Of a stretch of 64,000 nucleotides of DNA, positions 1 to 10,700 are shown one piece after another; within the stretch, counting starts at the first letter, position 1, and every line of letters begins with the position of its first letter. Both the position numbers and the translations under genes were made by a program. This DNA comes from Acidobacteriaceae bacterium (lineage in GTDB: Bacteria; Acidobacteriota; Terriglobia; Terriglobales; Acidobacteriaceae): positions 24,067-88,066 of the forward strand of contig JASHNS010000042.1 in assembly GCA_030041515.1 (NCBI GenBank). The letters run 5' to 3'. The notes beneath the pieces are model-generated. The model was given only the letters and a program-made list of their open reading frames with translations, was not told where the DNA came from and ran no database searches.

Positions 1-315
1 TTCGGCCCGCATACGAACGACGGGGGCTGTCCGATCTGCGAGGGAGCGGTGACGCTGGATGGCGATACGGTCACGCGCAACGTCGCGTGGTATGTCGTCG
101 GGCAGGCGTCGAAGTTAGTTCCGCCTGGATCGGTGCGGATCGAGTCCAACATCCCGGAGGGCCTGCCGAACGTGGCGTTTCGCACTCCCGATGGGCGCGA
201 TGTGCTGATTGTGGCCAACACGAGCCTCACTCCTCAGCATTTTCAGATTGGCTGGCATGGCAGGTCTGTGGCGGCGAATTTGGATGCCGGCTCGGTGGCG
301 ACATACGTCTGGTAG
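1..315 (+). CDS. Glycoside hydrolase family 30 (glucosylceramidase-like), C-terminal fragment; the 5' end lies outside the window
   Basis: Frame +1 is open from base 1 to TAG 313-315. The tail NVAFRTPDGRDVLIVANTSLTPQHFQIGW...GSVATYVW parallels the end of the GH30 region of the full-length paralog at 11619-14039 (VAFQNPDGSIALVVYNNTTTSQNVQVQW...ATFTW). Confidence 0.7.
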   Translation, partial: FGPHTNDGGCPICEGAVTLDGDTVTRNVAWYVVGQASKLVPPGSVRIESNIPEGLPNVAFRTPDGRDVLIVANTSLTPQHFQIGWHGRSVAANLDAGSVATYVW

Positions 316-390
316 AGCAGCGACCGCCCTGTGCTTTTTTTGAGGGAGCAAATCGGCGGACGGGCATATACCCTACGAGAAGCATCCGCC

Positions 391-1548
391 ATGAACCACC
401 CGTCGACGCTCCGGAAATCTTCTTATGTGGTGCTGAGCCTGGCTTTCAGCCTGACCGGAGCGGGCACCGTGATGCTGGGGATCTTGCTTCCGATACTCTC
501 CGGGAGATGGCATCTCCAGGACGGAACAGCGGGATTCCTGCTTTTTCTGCAGTTCGCGGGCTCTTCGCTGGGCGCAATCCTCACGGGGAAGCATCGGGTG
601 CGAGCGCTGCGCGTGGGATACGGGATCCTGATAGCCAGCGCCGGAGCGCTTGTGCTGGCGGCTCCGCCGCTGGTTTTTGCAGCGTTCTTTTTCTGGGGCC
701 TGGGGCTGGGCATGGCCATGACCGGCACGAGCCTGTACGTCTCCGATCGGGCGGGTGACCGGCGGGCTCCCATTCTGGAACGGCTGAATTTCGCCTGGTC
801 GGCGGGAGCGATGGCCGCTCCGCTTGTGTTTCTGCACTTTCTGAAAATGCAGAATCCTCGGCCCCTCTATTGGGGGTTCGGGACTCTTTTCGTATTCGTC
901 GCTGCGTGGGTTGTGCTGCGCGAACGCGAAGAATTCCCGGCGGCTTCCAGGGAGGGAGCGGGAGCTTCGGAGATGCGCGCAGGGAGGATGGCGATCGTTT
1001 CGCTGGTGATCCTGGCGATGTGCGCGGTGGGCGTGGAAACTTCGCTGAGCGGCTGGTTGACGACGTATTCGCATCGCGCTGACCCGCGCGCGGCAACCGG
1101 CGGAGCCGTCGCGACGGCGTGCTTCCTGACGGGAATGCTGATCAGCCGCCTTGTCTTCTCGACGCGACTGCTGGCGATGCTGGGGCGTTCCCGTCTGTTG
1201 AGCATCACTCTCGCCACGACGGCGGCCTCCGTGACGATGCTGATTGCCGCGCATCATGGCCTAGCCATCGACGCAGCGGCGGCGCTGGGAGGCATCGGTA
1301 TCGGGCCGGTCTATCCCCTGCTGCTGTCGTATCTTCTGGAGCACACGCCGAGCGGATGGGTTTTTGCCGTGGCAGGCCTGGGATCGGCGGTATTCCCGTG
1401 GACGACGGGAGTTTTGTCGGAGCGGCTTGGCTCGTTGCGCATGGGCCTGATGATACCGCTACTGGGCGCGGCGGTGATGATCGTGCTGAGAGTGATCGCG
1501 ATCGAGAGCGACCAGCGGCGCGCAGGAGCAACCTGGTCAGAGGCCTGA
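391..1548 (+). CDS. MFS transporter (probable sugar importer)
   Basis: ATG 391 is in frame with the GTG at 331 listed in the track. The product is 385 aa, almost entirely hydrophobic, with G/A/L-rich helices in a 6+6 arrangement. It sits between a GH30 gene and a LacI regulator. Confidence 0.7.
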   Translation: MNHPSTLRKSSYVVLSLAFSLTGAGTVMLGILLPILSGRWHLQDGTAGFLLFLQFAGSSLGAILTGKHRVRALRVGYGILIASAGALVLAAPPLVFAAFFFWGLGLGMAMTGTSLYVSDRAGDRRAPILERLNFAWSAGAMAAPLVFLHFLKMQNPRPLYWGFGTLFVFVAAWVVLREREEFPAASREGAGASEMRAGRMAIVSLVILAMCAVGVETSLSGWLTTYSHRADPRAATGGAVATACFLTGMLISRLVFSTRLLAMLGRSRLLSITLATTAASVTMLIAAHHGLAIDAAAALGGIGIGPVYPLLLSYLLEHTPSGWVFAVAGLGSAVFPWTTGVLSERLGSLRMGLMIPLLGAAVMIVLRVIAIESDQRRAGATWSEA

Positions 1549-1641
1549 GGCGGTTGTGACCGTGGCGATTCCTCGTTGCGCTGACTGTGCAGCTGGAGCC
1601 GGGGTCGAGGATGGAAGTGGCTGAAGCGCGGTTCAGAAAGG

Positions 1642-2700
1642 CTACTGCTTTGCGGGACCGGTGGATTCGCGAACCATGAGCGTGGGCTGAACGGTGATCT
1701 CCTCGCGGGGCGGCTGCGTTTCGTGGATGCGATTGAGCAGCGCCTGGGTCGCGATGCGTCCGATCTCGGCGAGCGGCTGCTTGATGGTGGTGAGGCGCGG
1801 CGAGGTGTAGGAGGCCGCGTTGATGTCGTCGAAGCCGATGACAGAAACGTCGGCGGGAATGCGGAGGTCAAGGTCCTGCAGGGCGCGGATGGATCCGATG
1901 GCGGCGATATCGTTAAAGGCAACCAGCGCCGTAAACGGCTGTTTGGAGGCGAGCAACTGCTGGACCACCGGATAGCCGAGTTCAGGCGATGACATATCAC
2001 GGTCGAGGTTAATGACCAGTTCCGGAGGGATTTCGAGGCCGAGTTTTCGCGCGTATTGCTCCAGTTGCTTCCATCGGTCGTCAGAGTCGGAGCTGAAAGG
2101 CTGGCCGCGCATGAAGGCGATGTGGCGATGGCCCAGGCCGTAGAGATGATTGAGGGTGAGTTCCGCGGCACGAGCGTGATCGAGGACAACATTCGTGACG
2201 CCTTCAATGGGGCGATGGCCGGCCACGGCCACTACGGGAAGAGGAATGGGGTGTTCGATCAGGGTATCGATGGCGATGATGCCCTGCGCGCCACGCCCGA
2301 TGAACATGCGGATGTATTCGTCGACGATCTCCGGCTGATGGCGATGGTGGGCGGTGAAGTAGAAGTAGCCGGCGCCGATGAGCTGATCGCCGATGCCGCT
2401 CATAATTTGAGTGTGGTATCCCTCGCCGAGCTCAGGAACCAGAATGCCGATGGTGAGCGTGCGGCGGCTGCGCAGGGAGCGAGCCAGCAAATTGGGCTGG
2501 TAGTTCATTTCCCTGGCCGCGGCCTTGATCCGTTCGCGCGTGGCCTGAGGAATGGACCTGCCGGGCACATTGTTGAGGACAACGGAAACCGTCGCCGGGT
2601 TCAATCCAAGGTGCGCCGCGACCTGCTTCAGGCTCACCGGCCTGAACTTGTTCTGTTTCGCCGTCTGCTTGCGCAGGTTTCCGTCGGCGCTCTCACTCAT
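1642..2700 (-). CDS. LacI family transcriptional regulator
   Basis: The start is at ATG 2700 (MSESADG...). It has an N-terminal HTH (VSLKQVAAHLGLNPATVSVVLNN) and a sugar-binding core (IGILVPELGEGYH, ALVAFNDIAAIG, VIGFDD). The 111-aa upstream extension of the track ORF (to 3033) looks non-coding. Confidence 0.9.
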   Translation of the reverse strand: MSESADGNLRKQTAKQNKFRPVSLKQVAAHLGLNPATVSVVLNNVPGRSIPQATRERIKAAAREMNYQPNLLARSLRSRRTLTIGILVPELGEGYHTQIMSGIGDQLIGAGYFYFTAHHRHQPEIVDEYIRMFIGRGAQGIIAIDTLIEHPIPLPVVAVAGHRPIEGVTNVVLDHARAAELTLNHLYGLGHRHIAFMRGQPFSSDSDDRWKQLEQYARKLGLEIPPELVINLDRDMSSPELGYPVVQQLLASKQPFTALVAFNDIAAIGSIRALQDLDLRIPADVSVIGFDDINAASYTSPRLTTIKQPLAEIGRIATQALLNRIHETQPPREEITVQPTLMVRESTGPAKQ

Positions 2701-2740
2701 CAGCGCGTATCTCCCTGGGTCAGGATGCTTCCGGGCCGCT

Positions 2741-2754
2741 AAACAATCGATTTT
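2741..2754. promoter_or_regulatory. LacI-type operator-like site (AAACAATCGATTTT) upstream of the lacI-family gene / CRTAC1 divergent region
   Basis: The palindromic core AATCGATT lies 41-54 nt upstream of the regulator start codon. It shares the ACAAnCGATT core with four other sites in the window. Confidence 0.45.
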
Positions 2755-2954
2755 ATAACGCAGGGCGCGAAAAGCTCCGCTAAAATAATGCAGGCCGGGA
2801 GCGCTCTTCGGGCACACCGTGTCTTCCGGCAGGACCCCGGGGAGAACAACGGCATCTGAGCGGCTGCGGATGGGAGCACCAAGGAACCGCAGAGCACCAT
2901 TCAACCCACGGGTTGCCGTCACGGCACCTGTGCGGCGGAAGCGAACGGGGGGCG

Positions 2955-4712
2955 ATGGAGCGCAGCACGCGACGGAGGTTCCTTGGACGCGCAGCCGCAT
3001 TCGCGGGTTCGATGGCCTGTCTGCGCGGAGCATTTGCTCAGCCGTATTCGCGGGTGTTCAGGAATCTCCAGGTCGCATCTGGCATTCAGAAGGGCGCCGC
3101 GCCGCCGGTTCGGGCGGCGATCCGCTTTGAAGATTGCAGGGAGACATCGGGCGTCCAGTTCACGCTGAGAAACAGCGTCAGCCCGCACCGGTACACGATT
3201 GAGACGATGGCCGGGGGCGTGGCTTTGTTCGATTACAACAACGACGGATTGCTGGACATTTTCTTTACCAACGGCGCCGCAATCCCCTCCCTCGAGAAGA
3301 GCGGTCCGGCGTATCACAATCGGCTCTTCCGCAACCATGGAGACGGAACGTTCAGCGACGTGACGGAAGAGGCTGGACTGGCGGGGCTGGGCTACTCGAT
3401 GGGAGCGGCCGCGGGCGACTACGACAACGATGGCTTTGTGGATCTGTACGTGACCGGGGTGAATCATAATCAACTGTTCCACAACAACGGCGACGGCACG
3501 TTCACCGATGTGACGGCGCACGCCGGAGTCGGCGGCATGGTGCCGAAACTGGGAAAAGCCTGGGCGGTGGCGGCGGGATGGTTCGATTACAACAACGACG
3601 GCCACCTGGATCTGCTGGTGATCAACTACCTGAATTACAACGTTGCCACGGCCACGGGATGCTTTGCCGGTGGATATCCGGCTTACTGTTCCCCGGTGAG
3701 CTTCCTGGGCACTCCGAATATCCTCTACCGCAACAACGGCAACGGGACGTTTACCGATGTGTCTGAGGAGTCTCACATTGCGCAGTTCGTCGGCAAAGGA
3801 ATGGGTGTCTCGTTTGCCGACTATGACAACGATGGATATCCGGATGTTTTCATCTCCAACGACACGTTTCAGAATTACCTGCTGCACAACAACGGAGACG
3901 GCACGTTCAGCGAAGTGGGGGTGCTGGCCGGGGTGGCCTACAACGGCCTGGGGGATGCAGTGGCAGGGATGGGAACCGACTTCCGCGACCTGGATAACGA
4001 TGGACGGCCTGATATTTTCCAGACCTGCATGTTCGGCGAGGGGTTTCCCATCTATCGCAACATGGGAGGCGGGCAGTTTCAGGACGTGAGCGGATCGGCA
4101 GGGCTCGCCGCGAGGACGAGCCGGCTGACGGCGTGGGGCGCGGGTCTCTATGACTTCGACAACGACGGCAACAAAGACCTGTTCACGGCAAACGCCGATA
4201 TCCTGGATAATGCCGAGCTGATCGCGCACCGTCCTTACCGGCTGCCGAACGGCCTGTTTCGCAATCTGGGAAATATGACGTTTGAAGACGTGAGCGAGAA
4301 AGCCGGGAAAGGCTTTGCTGTGCCGGCGGCGCATCGCGGGGCGGCCTTTGGCGACCTGAATAACGATGGGAAGGTCGACATCGTGGTGAATGTTCTGAAC
4401 GGACCGCCGCAGATTCTGATGAATCGGACAGAAAGCCACGCTCACTGGATCATCCTGAAGCTGGTGGGGGTGAAATCGAATCGGGATGGACTGGGGACGC
4501 GAGTCAAATTGACGACGGCGCACGGCACCCAGTACAACCATGCGACCACAACGGTGGGGTATAACTCCTCCAGCGACAAGCGCGTGCATTTCGGCCTGGG
4601 CGATGCCGACACGATTGAGGAAATCGAACTGGTGTGGCCGAGCAGAATCCGCCAGGTGCTGAAAAACGTGAAGGTCGATCAGGTGCTGACGGTGACGGAA
4701 AGCGCATCGTGA
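2955..4712 (+). CDS. CRTAC1 family protein (FG-GAP/VCBS repeats plus ASPIC/UnbV domain), Tat-exported
   Basis: ATG 2955. It has a twin-arginine signal (STRRRFLGRAAAFAGS), repeated DYNNDGxxD / DxDNDGxxD calcium-binding FG-GAP motifs, and a C-terminal UnbV_ASPIC-like NRDGLGTRVKL...VHFGLG. Confidence 0.85.
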   Translation: MERSTRRRFLGRAAAFAGSMACLRGAFAQPYSRVFRNLQVASGIQKGAAPPVRAAIRFEDCRETSGVQFTLRNSVSPHRYTIETMAGGVALFDYNNDGLLDIFFTNGAAIPSLEKSGPAYHNRLFRNHGDGTFSDVTEEAGLAGLGYSMGAAAGDYDNDGFVDLYVTGVNHNQLFHNNGDGTFTDVTAHAGVGGMVPKLGKAWAVAAGWFDYNNDGHLDLLVINYLNYNVATATGCFAGGYPAYCSPVSFLGTPNILYRNNGNGTFTDVSEESHIAQFVGKGMGVSFADYDNDGYPDVFISNDTFQNYLLHNNGDGTFSEVGVLAGVAYNGLGDAVAGMGTDFRDLDNDGRPDIFQTCMFGEGFPIYRNMGGGQFQDVSGSAGLAARTSRLTAWGAGLYDFDNDGNKDLFTANADILDNAELIAHRPYRLPNGLFRNLGNMTFEDVSEKAGKGFAVPAAHRGAAFGDLNNDGKVDIVVNVLNGPPQILMNRTESHAHWIILKLVGVKSNRDGLGTRVKLTTAHGTQYNHATTTVGYNSSSDKRVHFGLGDADTIEEIELVWPSRIRQVLKNVKVDQVLTVTESAS

Positions 4713-4722
4713 GCGCGCAGGC

Positions 4723-6414
4723 TCAGGGGCGGATGTCAGCGGAGATCTGGCTGGCCAGCCTCTGCTGATCGTTAGCCTCAAGGAGAGCGATGAGGCCGTT
4801 CATGAGGGCGGGATCGCTTCGGCCATACGCGGCGGTGACTTCGGCGATGAGGTCGGCGTTCGCGACGTCGTGCAGATGAAAGTCGGCGTCGCACTGCATA
4901 TAGAGGAGCTGCGGCGTCATGGTCCTGGACTGGGCGAGAAGCTGCGCGGCATCGGCCCAGCGCCCCTGGCGGTAGCGAACTTCCCCCATTTCAGCAATGG
5001 CCATCTGGTAGTTGGGATGGCGGGCAAGTTCAGCCTGAAAGTCCTGTTCCGCGCCTTTGAGATCATCGTCTTTGAGAGCAAGAATGCCGAGGTAGGTGGA
5101 AGCCCCGGTCACCGCCGGGTCCACCTGCAGCGCATGGTGAAGACACCGTACCCCGTCGGCGCGATTTCCCATGTAGAGGTACAGCTTGCCCACGAAGACC
5201 CAGGCAGCGGCGGGCGAGGCCGAGGTTCCGCGGAAGCGATCGCGATAGAGCTGCAGGGCCGCCGCCTCGTTGTGCTGGGCGAGGAGGCGGCGAGCCGGCT
5301 CGACAATCGCGCTCTCACGAGCGAGTCCGGCTTCGGAGGAAACGAAGGTGATCTCCTGCATCATGAGCTGATGGAGGGCGGCCTCGTGCTGGGCCTCCGC
5401 AGTTTGTCCCATGGCGGCGAAGGCGCGCGAAAGATAGAAGTGTGCAAGAACACGAGTAGGGTCGGCATGAAGGACAGCGCGCAGGGTCTGAATGGCGGCT
5501 GGATCATCTCTCAGCTCGACCTGGCACTGGCCGAGACCCATCAGGGAGTCAAGATCGTCCGGCTTGATGGCGAGAGCTCTGGTGAAACTATCGCGGGCGG
5601 AGGTCCACTGGTAGAGACGGACCTGAACCGAAGCCAGCAACTGCAGCGCGTGCAGGTCGCCGGGCTGCAGCTGAACCGCGCGCCGGAGGTTATTCTCGGC
5701 GCCGGTCAGGTCCATCATCTGATAGCGGGCCAGTCCGATGTCGTAGTCCATGCCGGGCAGCCCAGGCTGAGCCTGTTGGGCTTTGTTCAGCCACTGGAGC
5801 GCCTGCTGGTATTTGCCATCACTCGACAGATATTCGCCGTACTTTTGCAGGATGGCGGGATTGCCCGGGTCCAGCCGCATGCTTGCGCGGAGGGCCTGCA
5901 GCGCAGGATCGATTTGGCCATTCAGAAAATAGGCCTGCGCCAGGTAGAACTGCGCGTCGCCATCGTCAGGCGCGATGCGAACGCAGTGGGCGAGGAGGCC
6001 GACCGCTTTGGTGCGATCGCCTGCAACCAGAGCATGAATTCCGACTTTCAGGAGCAAATCCGGATCTTCAGGAGCGTAGTCCAGCGCTTCCTGATAGAAG
6101 GAGGAAGCCTCGTCCGTTCTTCCCGCTTCCTCGAAGATCATTCCCTTGAGCTTGAGGGCGGGAGCAAGGCGCGGATATTGCCGGAGCACCTGATTGACGA
6201 TCGCCAGCGACGCTTCCGTATTGTTCTGCTCTGCAAGCGCCAGGGCGTGACGCAGCTGGCGCATCGTTGCGGGGTCGACAGGATGAGCGGCTGCCTGCGT
6301 GGGAGCGGCGGCAGCAGCGCAGAGCAAAGATGCCGCAAAGCAGGAGAAGAGCAGCAGGATGCGCGTGGCGAGGGAACGGCGCCAGCGACGGGGAGAGCCG
6401 GACCTATTTGCCAT
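4723..6414 (-). CDS. Secreted tetratricopeptide (TPR) repeat protein
   Basis: It has a signal peptide (ILLLFSCFAASLLCAAAAAP) followed by many TPR-like helical pairs (A..LG..Y...G....A...F..AL..DP). Its start overlaps the upstream TPR gene by 11 nt. Confidence 0.75.
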   Translation of the reverse strand: MANRSGSPRRWRRSLATRILLLFSCFAASLLCAAAAAPTQAAAHPVDPATMRQLRHALALAEQNNTEASLAIVNQVLRQYPRLAPALKLKGMIFEEAGRTDEASSFYQEALDYAPEDPDLLLKVGIHALVAGDRTKAVGLLAHCVRIAPDDGDAQFYLAQAYFLNGQIDPALQALRASMRLDPGNPAILQKYGEYLSSDGKYQQALQWLNKAQQAQPGLPGMDYDIGLARYQMMDLTGAENNLRRAVQLQPGDLHALQLLASVQVRLYQWTSARDSFTRALAIKPDDLDSLMGLGQCQVELRDDPAAIQTLRAVLHADPTRVLAHFYLSRAFAAMGQTAEAQHEAALHQLMMQEITFVSSEAGLARESAIVEPARRLLAQHNEAAALQLYRDRFRGTSASPAAAWVFVGKLYLYMGNRADGVRCLHHALQVDPAVTGASTYLGILALKDDDLKGAEQDFQAELARHPNYQMAIAEMGEVRYRQGRWADAAQLLAQSRTMTPQLLYMQCDADFHLHDVANADLIAEVTAAYGRSDPALMNGLIALLEANDQQRLASQISADIRP

Positions 6415-7600
6415 CCAGGTCGTCCGGCTGGATTTCTTTTGGCTGGATCAACAGGCCGGCGTACAGCGCGCGCAGCTTGCTCTTCATGGCTTTGTACTGG
6501 GTGAACAGGTCCATTTCGCGTTTCGCGTCCGCATCGCGCCCGGCCTCGCGATCGAGGAGAGCGAGGCGGTAATGGGCGACGGGATCCGTGGGCTCCAGGC
6601 GTACAGCCTCTTCGATCTCCGGCAGAGCTTTTGACTTCTCATTGAGGTACATGAAGGCTTTTGCGAGGCCGAGATGGGCGCCGGCATCGGAAGGCTGAAG
6701 GTGAATGGCCTGCGAGTACTCCTGCATCGCCTGCTGCGCATCGCCATTCTGGAGGGCGATGAGGGCCAGGCTGCAGAGCGCCTGTTCGTTGTAGGGATTC
6801 TGCTGGAGCGCGATGTGAAACTCCTGCACAGCTTCTTTTCGGATAGCGGGGTCGGCGGCGGTGTTCAGCAGATCCCCCAGCTCGTAGTGGACATCGGGCA
6901 GGCGCGGATCGATGGCGATGGCTTTGCGGTACTGCTCGATAGCTGCGTTGGTTTTGCCCTCGAGGAGGTCCTCGTGCGCGAGCATCTGGTGAGTCTGTGC
7001 GGAATCCGGAGCTGTGACGGAAAGCTGAAGCCGCGCCTCGCCGGAGAGATCGGCAAAGGTTCGATAGGCGGCATAGAGGACTTCGGGATTGTCGGGCGCG
7101 AACCTTTCGAGCTGGGTGAGGATCGCGGCGGCCTGGTCGAGGTCGCCGGTTTCAGTCCAGGAGCTGACAAGTTCGAGGCCGGCCTGGACCCTGAAGCTGC
7201 TGTCCGCGATCTGGGGAAAGGCCGCCGCTAAATCGCTGCGGCCGCCGCTGATGTCTCCCGTGTGCAACTCGGCGATCCCGAGCAGTCCCTGAATTTTGGC
7301 CAGAGATGGTTCGGCCTGGACTGCTGCGCGCAAATGCGGAATAGCGTCGGCAGGTTTCCCCTGAAAGAAGAGCAGGACGCCGAGGTTTGCCTGGGTATCG
7401 GGATTCCCAGGCTCAATGCTGACTGCGGCCTGGAGCTCGGGAATGGCGAGGTCCGGGCGCTTCTCGCGCAGATAGACACCCGCCTTCTGCACATGCTCGC
7501 GGTATGCAGACTGCTGCGCCGGAGAGGCCTGGGCGGAACAAGCCGTGGTCGCGACAGCCAGGAGACAGGCAACCGAAATCCGGGCCAGATTCAACTTCAT
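6404..7600 (-). CDS. Secreted tetratricopeptide (TPR) repeat protein
   Basis: ATG 7600 gives MKLNLARISVACLLAVATTACSAQA (signal peptide), followed by TPR repeats. The track ORF extends to 7699 but that extension lacks a signal peptide. Confidence 0.75.
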   Translation of the reverse strand: MKLNLARISVACLLAVATTACSAQASPAQQSAYREHVQKAGVYLREKRPDLAIPELQAAVSIEPGNPDTQANLGVLLFFQGKPADAIPHLRAAVQAEPSLAKIQGLLGIAELHTGDISGGRSDLAAAFPQIADSSFRVQAGLELVSSWTETGDLDQAAAILTQLERFAPDNPEVLYAAYRTFADLSGEARLQLSVTAPDSAQTHQMLAHEDLLEGKTNAAIEQYRKAIAIDPRLPDVHYELGDLLNTAADPAIRKEAVQEFHIALQQNPYNEQALCSLALIALQNGDAQQAMQEYSQAIHLQPSDAGAHLGLAKAFMYLNEKSKALPEIEEAVRLEPTDPVAHYRLALLDREAGRDADAKREMDLFTQYKAMKSKLRALYAGLLIQPKEIQPDDLDGK

Positions 7601-7651
7601 CACCCATGAATCTATACGGCGGGATCGGCAGTTGGAAACAGGAATCGCCGC

Positions 7652-7686
7652 GGAAGAAAAACGGGACGGCGACAGGTCGCCGTCCC
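7652..7686 (-). terminator. Rho-independent terminator after the TonB-dependent receptor
   Basis: The minus-strand RNA is GGGACGGCGA-CCUG-UCGCCGUCCC followed by GUUUUUCUUC, 24 nt after the stop codon. Confidence 0.75.
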
Positions 7687-7710
7687 AGGGAGGTTGCATC
7701 GTGATGAGGG

Positions 7711-10700
7711 TTAAAAGGTAAGCTTGGCGGAAAACTGCACAGCGCGACCGCCTTCGGTTGTACCAGTGATTTGCTCTGTGGTCCCGCTCCCGGTGCCCTC
7801 GGAGTTCTCGCCGAAGGTGTAGGGTGTTCCTGGACCGTTGGCGCCACCCAGCGTTCCTGTGGGCTGATTGAAGCTGGCGTGGTTGAAGGCGTTGTTGGCG
7901 TCAATTCGGATACGGAGCTGCACGGGGTGATCGCCGGGAACGAGGGAAAAGACCTTCCCTCCCGAGAGATTCACATAGTCGACTCCGGGACCGTAGAGCG
8001 CGTTCCTTTTGACGTTGCCGAAGGTTCCATTTGCGGGCATCGTAAAGGCAGCCGGGTTATACCACTCGTTGGCGCAGGTGCCTGACCCGAGCGCGGAGTT
8101 GCAGCGCGCGGTGCGATTTCTGGGTTTCACGCTCACGCCGGGATTCCAGTTGGGGAACGAAGATCCATCCTGCTGGTAGGTATTTTGCGTGGCGAAGACG
8201 GTGAAGGGCTGTCCGGACAGATCGACAACCATGGCGGAGAGCTGCCAGCCGCCAACGATCTCGTTGAGGACAGAATTGTTGTTGAGGAAGGCCTGGCCAC
8301 GGCCGAACGGAAGCGTATCGACCACATAGCCTTTGAAGGCGTTCCGGACGTCGAAGTTGGAGTTGCTGTAGTTCGCCTGAAGGTTGTTGGCAACCTGCCA
8401 GTTTTGCGGGCCTTCGCGGCTTCCCCATCCGGAGGAGTCCTGGTCATCGAGCATGTGCGACCAGACGTAGTTGGTGCCCAGACTGATGCCGTGGGCGGGG
8501 CGCATGGTGAAGGAGGCTTGCAGGGAGTTGTAGTTGCTGATGCCGTTATTGCTGCTTCCTGTCAGGTTCTGGAAGAGCGGGTAGGGGCGGTCGCCATTCT
8601 GAACATCATTGGAAGAGAGCTCGCTGACCGGAATCGCGTTGATATCGGTGGTGAAGATGAGATTGGAGCCGTGGCTGCCGACATACGCGAGCTCAGCCAT
8701 GAAGCTGCTCCTGAACTGGTGCTGAACCCCGAGATTCCACTCCTGCATGATGGGCACGGGGACGTGATAGGAGATGTAGCCGACGGCCTGGCCGTTATAA
8801 GCGGATGGGCTGGTAGAGCCGGCCGTATAAGGCAAAGGGGTGGACGTTCCAAAGATCGTGCCTGGGCCGTCCAGCTGGGTGATGGGAGTGATGCCATTCG
8901 TTTGATCGGAAATGCTGCCGGAATGGCTGATGGCGGCGCCCATGCCGTACGAGGTATTGTTGCCTCCGTAGTTATCGAGGCTCCAGTTGTAGGCGTAGAG
9001 ACCGAACCCACCGTCGACCGTGGTGTCAGGCCGGGGCGACCACGAAGCGCCAAGGCGGGGCAGGAAGGTATCGCGAACCGGAGCGATAAGCTGGGTGCGC
9101 CCGTTGGCAGCCGTCGTTCCAAACCAGTATGCGCCGGGAGTGTTGACGGCGCCTGTGAACGGGTTGGCAGCAGGATTGGGGACGGTGGGATCGAAGGTGG
9201 CTTCGTTTCCGTGCACCGCGCTCCAGCCGGTATTGAACTGATAGCGCAGGCCAACGTTCAGCGTGAGGTTGGGCCGCACTTTATAGTCGTCCTGCACGAA
9301 GAACTGAGGGCTCTTGAAGCGGGCGCCGTACTCGGGATCGACGCTGGCGCTCCAGTTGGAGGCGTAGCCGAGGAGGAAGTCGGCGTATTCGAGGCCGGTG
9401 GTGGTGTCAGGGCACATCTGGCCGGCATAGGCGCTCGAACCGCAGGCGGTGTGATCCCATTCCTCGGTGTACCCGCCGCCGAAGCCGAGGGTTCCGGGAT
9501 TCTCATTGCCCCATGCGGTTGAGTCGTCGCGATAGATGAGCATTTCGCCGCCGAAGTGCAGGAGGTGCTTCCCGCGGATCATCGTCACCACGTCGGATGG
9601 GTCGAAGACATCCTCTTTATAGACAGCGTTGGTGCTGGGCTCAATCCAGGCGTAGGGGTAGTTGCGGTAGAACTGAATCGCAGGAAAATCGTCGACCTTG
9701 GCGAACTGCCAGCCAAGCTGAGCCGCGTAGCCCTTGCCGACGGCCAGGTCGTCAAAGAAGTTCAGCTGGTCGGTAAAGCCGAGTCTGGCTTCGTTGATGG
9801 TGTCGGGGGTGAAGTTCCAGACGTCGGTAATCTGAGCGTTGTTGTTGTCCACATCGCCCGACTGGCAGCCGATGGGGCAGGCGGTAACGCCGTTGGGGTA
9901 GATGACGGGCGTATCGCTTTGGGTGTCGGAGACGGTGATCCGATTGCTCGCGGTGACGTCATAATCGAGACGGCCGAAGAACTTCCTGTAGGGCGTGGAC
10001 TGAGGGACGCTCGAATAGAAGTTGTTCTGGATTTCGCCGTCGCTGCCAACCGATCCATTGATGAACTGACCGCCGGCAATATGGTTGGAGGGCGTTGGAT
10101 AGAACTGTTCGAACTTCTGGGCGACCGAGTCGATCATGCCGGCGGGGATTGCATTCGAGCCGTATTCGCTCTGGAAGGACTGGCGAACGGGATAGGGATT
10201 GCCCTTGGGATCGTAGGCGATGGTCTGGGTGGTCGGATCGTAGATGGGCAGCTCGCCGGCGAAGTTGCCGCTCATGACCGCCGCGCTGGGGATGGAATTG
10301 GTGGCGTTGCTCGCCGATCCATGGTCGACAATCTGGTCATACCCGAAGAAGAAGAAGGCCTTTTTCTTCAGATTCCAAAAGGGGATGTCGACCGGGCCCC
10401 CTACGTTGCCGCCGAAGTCGTTGTAGCGGATATAGGGGACGGTGGTCGAAACGCCGAAATTATACGGAGCCGCATTGAAGGTGTTGTCCTGATAAAAGTC
10501 GTATCCGGAGCCATGAAACTGGCTGGTGCCACCCTTACTGATCTGATTGATGATGGCGCCGCCAACTCCGTACTGCGCGGTAAATGTGGAGAGCGACACC
10601 TGGAGCTCAGAAACATCCTCAAAGATGGCGGGATTCGCGTTCTGGCTGTGGGAGAGCGTGGTCGACGCGCCGTCGGCGATGATGTTGTTGTAGGGCAGGC

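Noticed and set aside
2919-4781. A 620-aa minus-strand ORF antisense to CRTAC1. Similar long antisense ORFs occur at 4870-6504, 8185-9522, 9556-11271, 14901-16541, 42220-43911, 56753-58360, 60887-62503 and 62540-63745.
   Set aside because: All overlap genes with clear domain signatures on the other strand. All have Arg/Gly/His-rich, motif-free products, and none has a ribosome-binding site.
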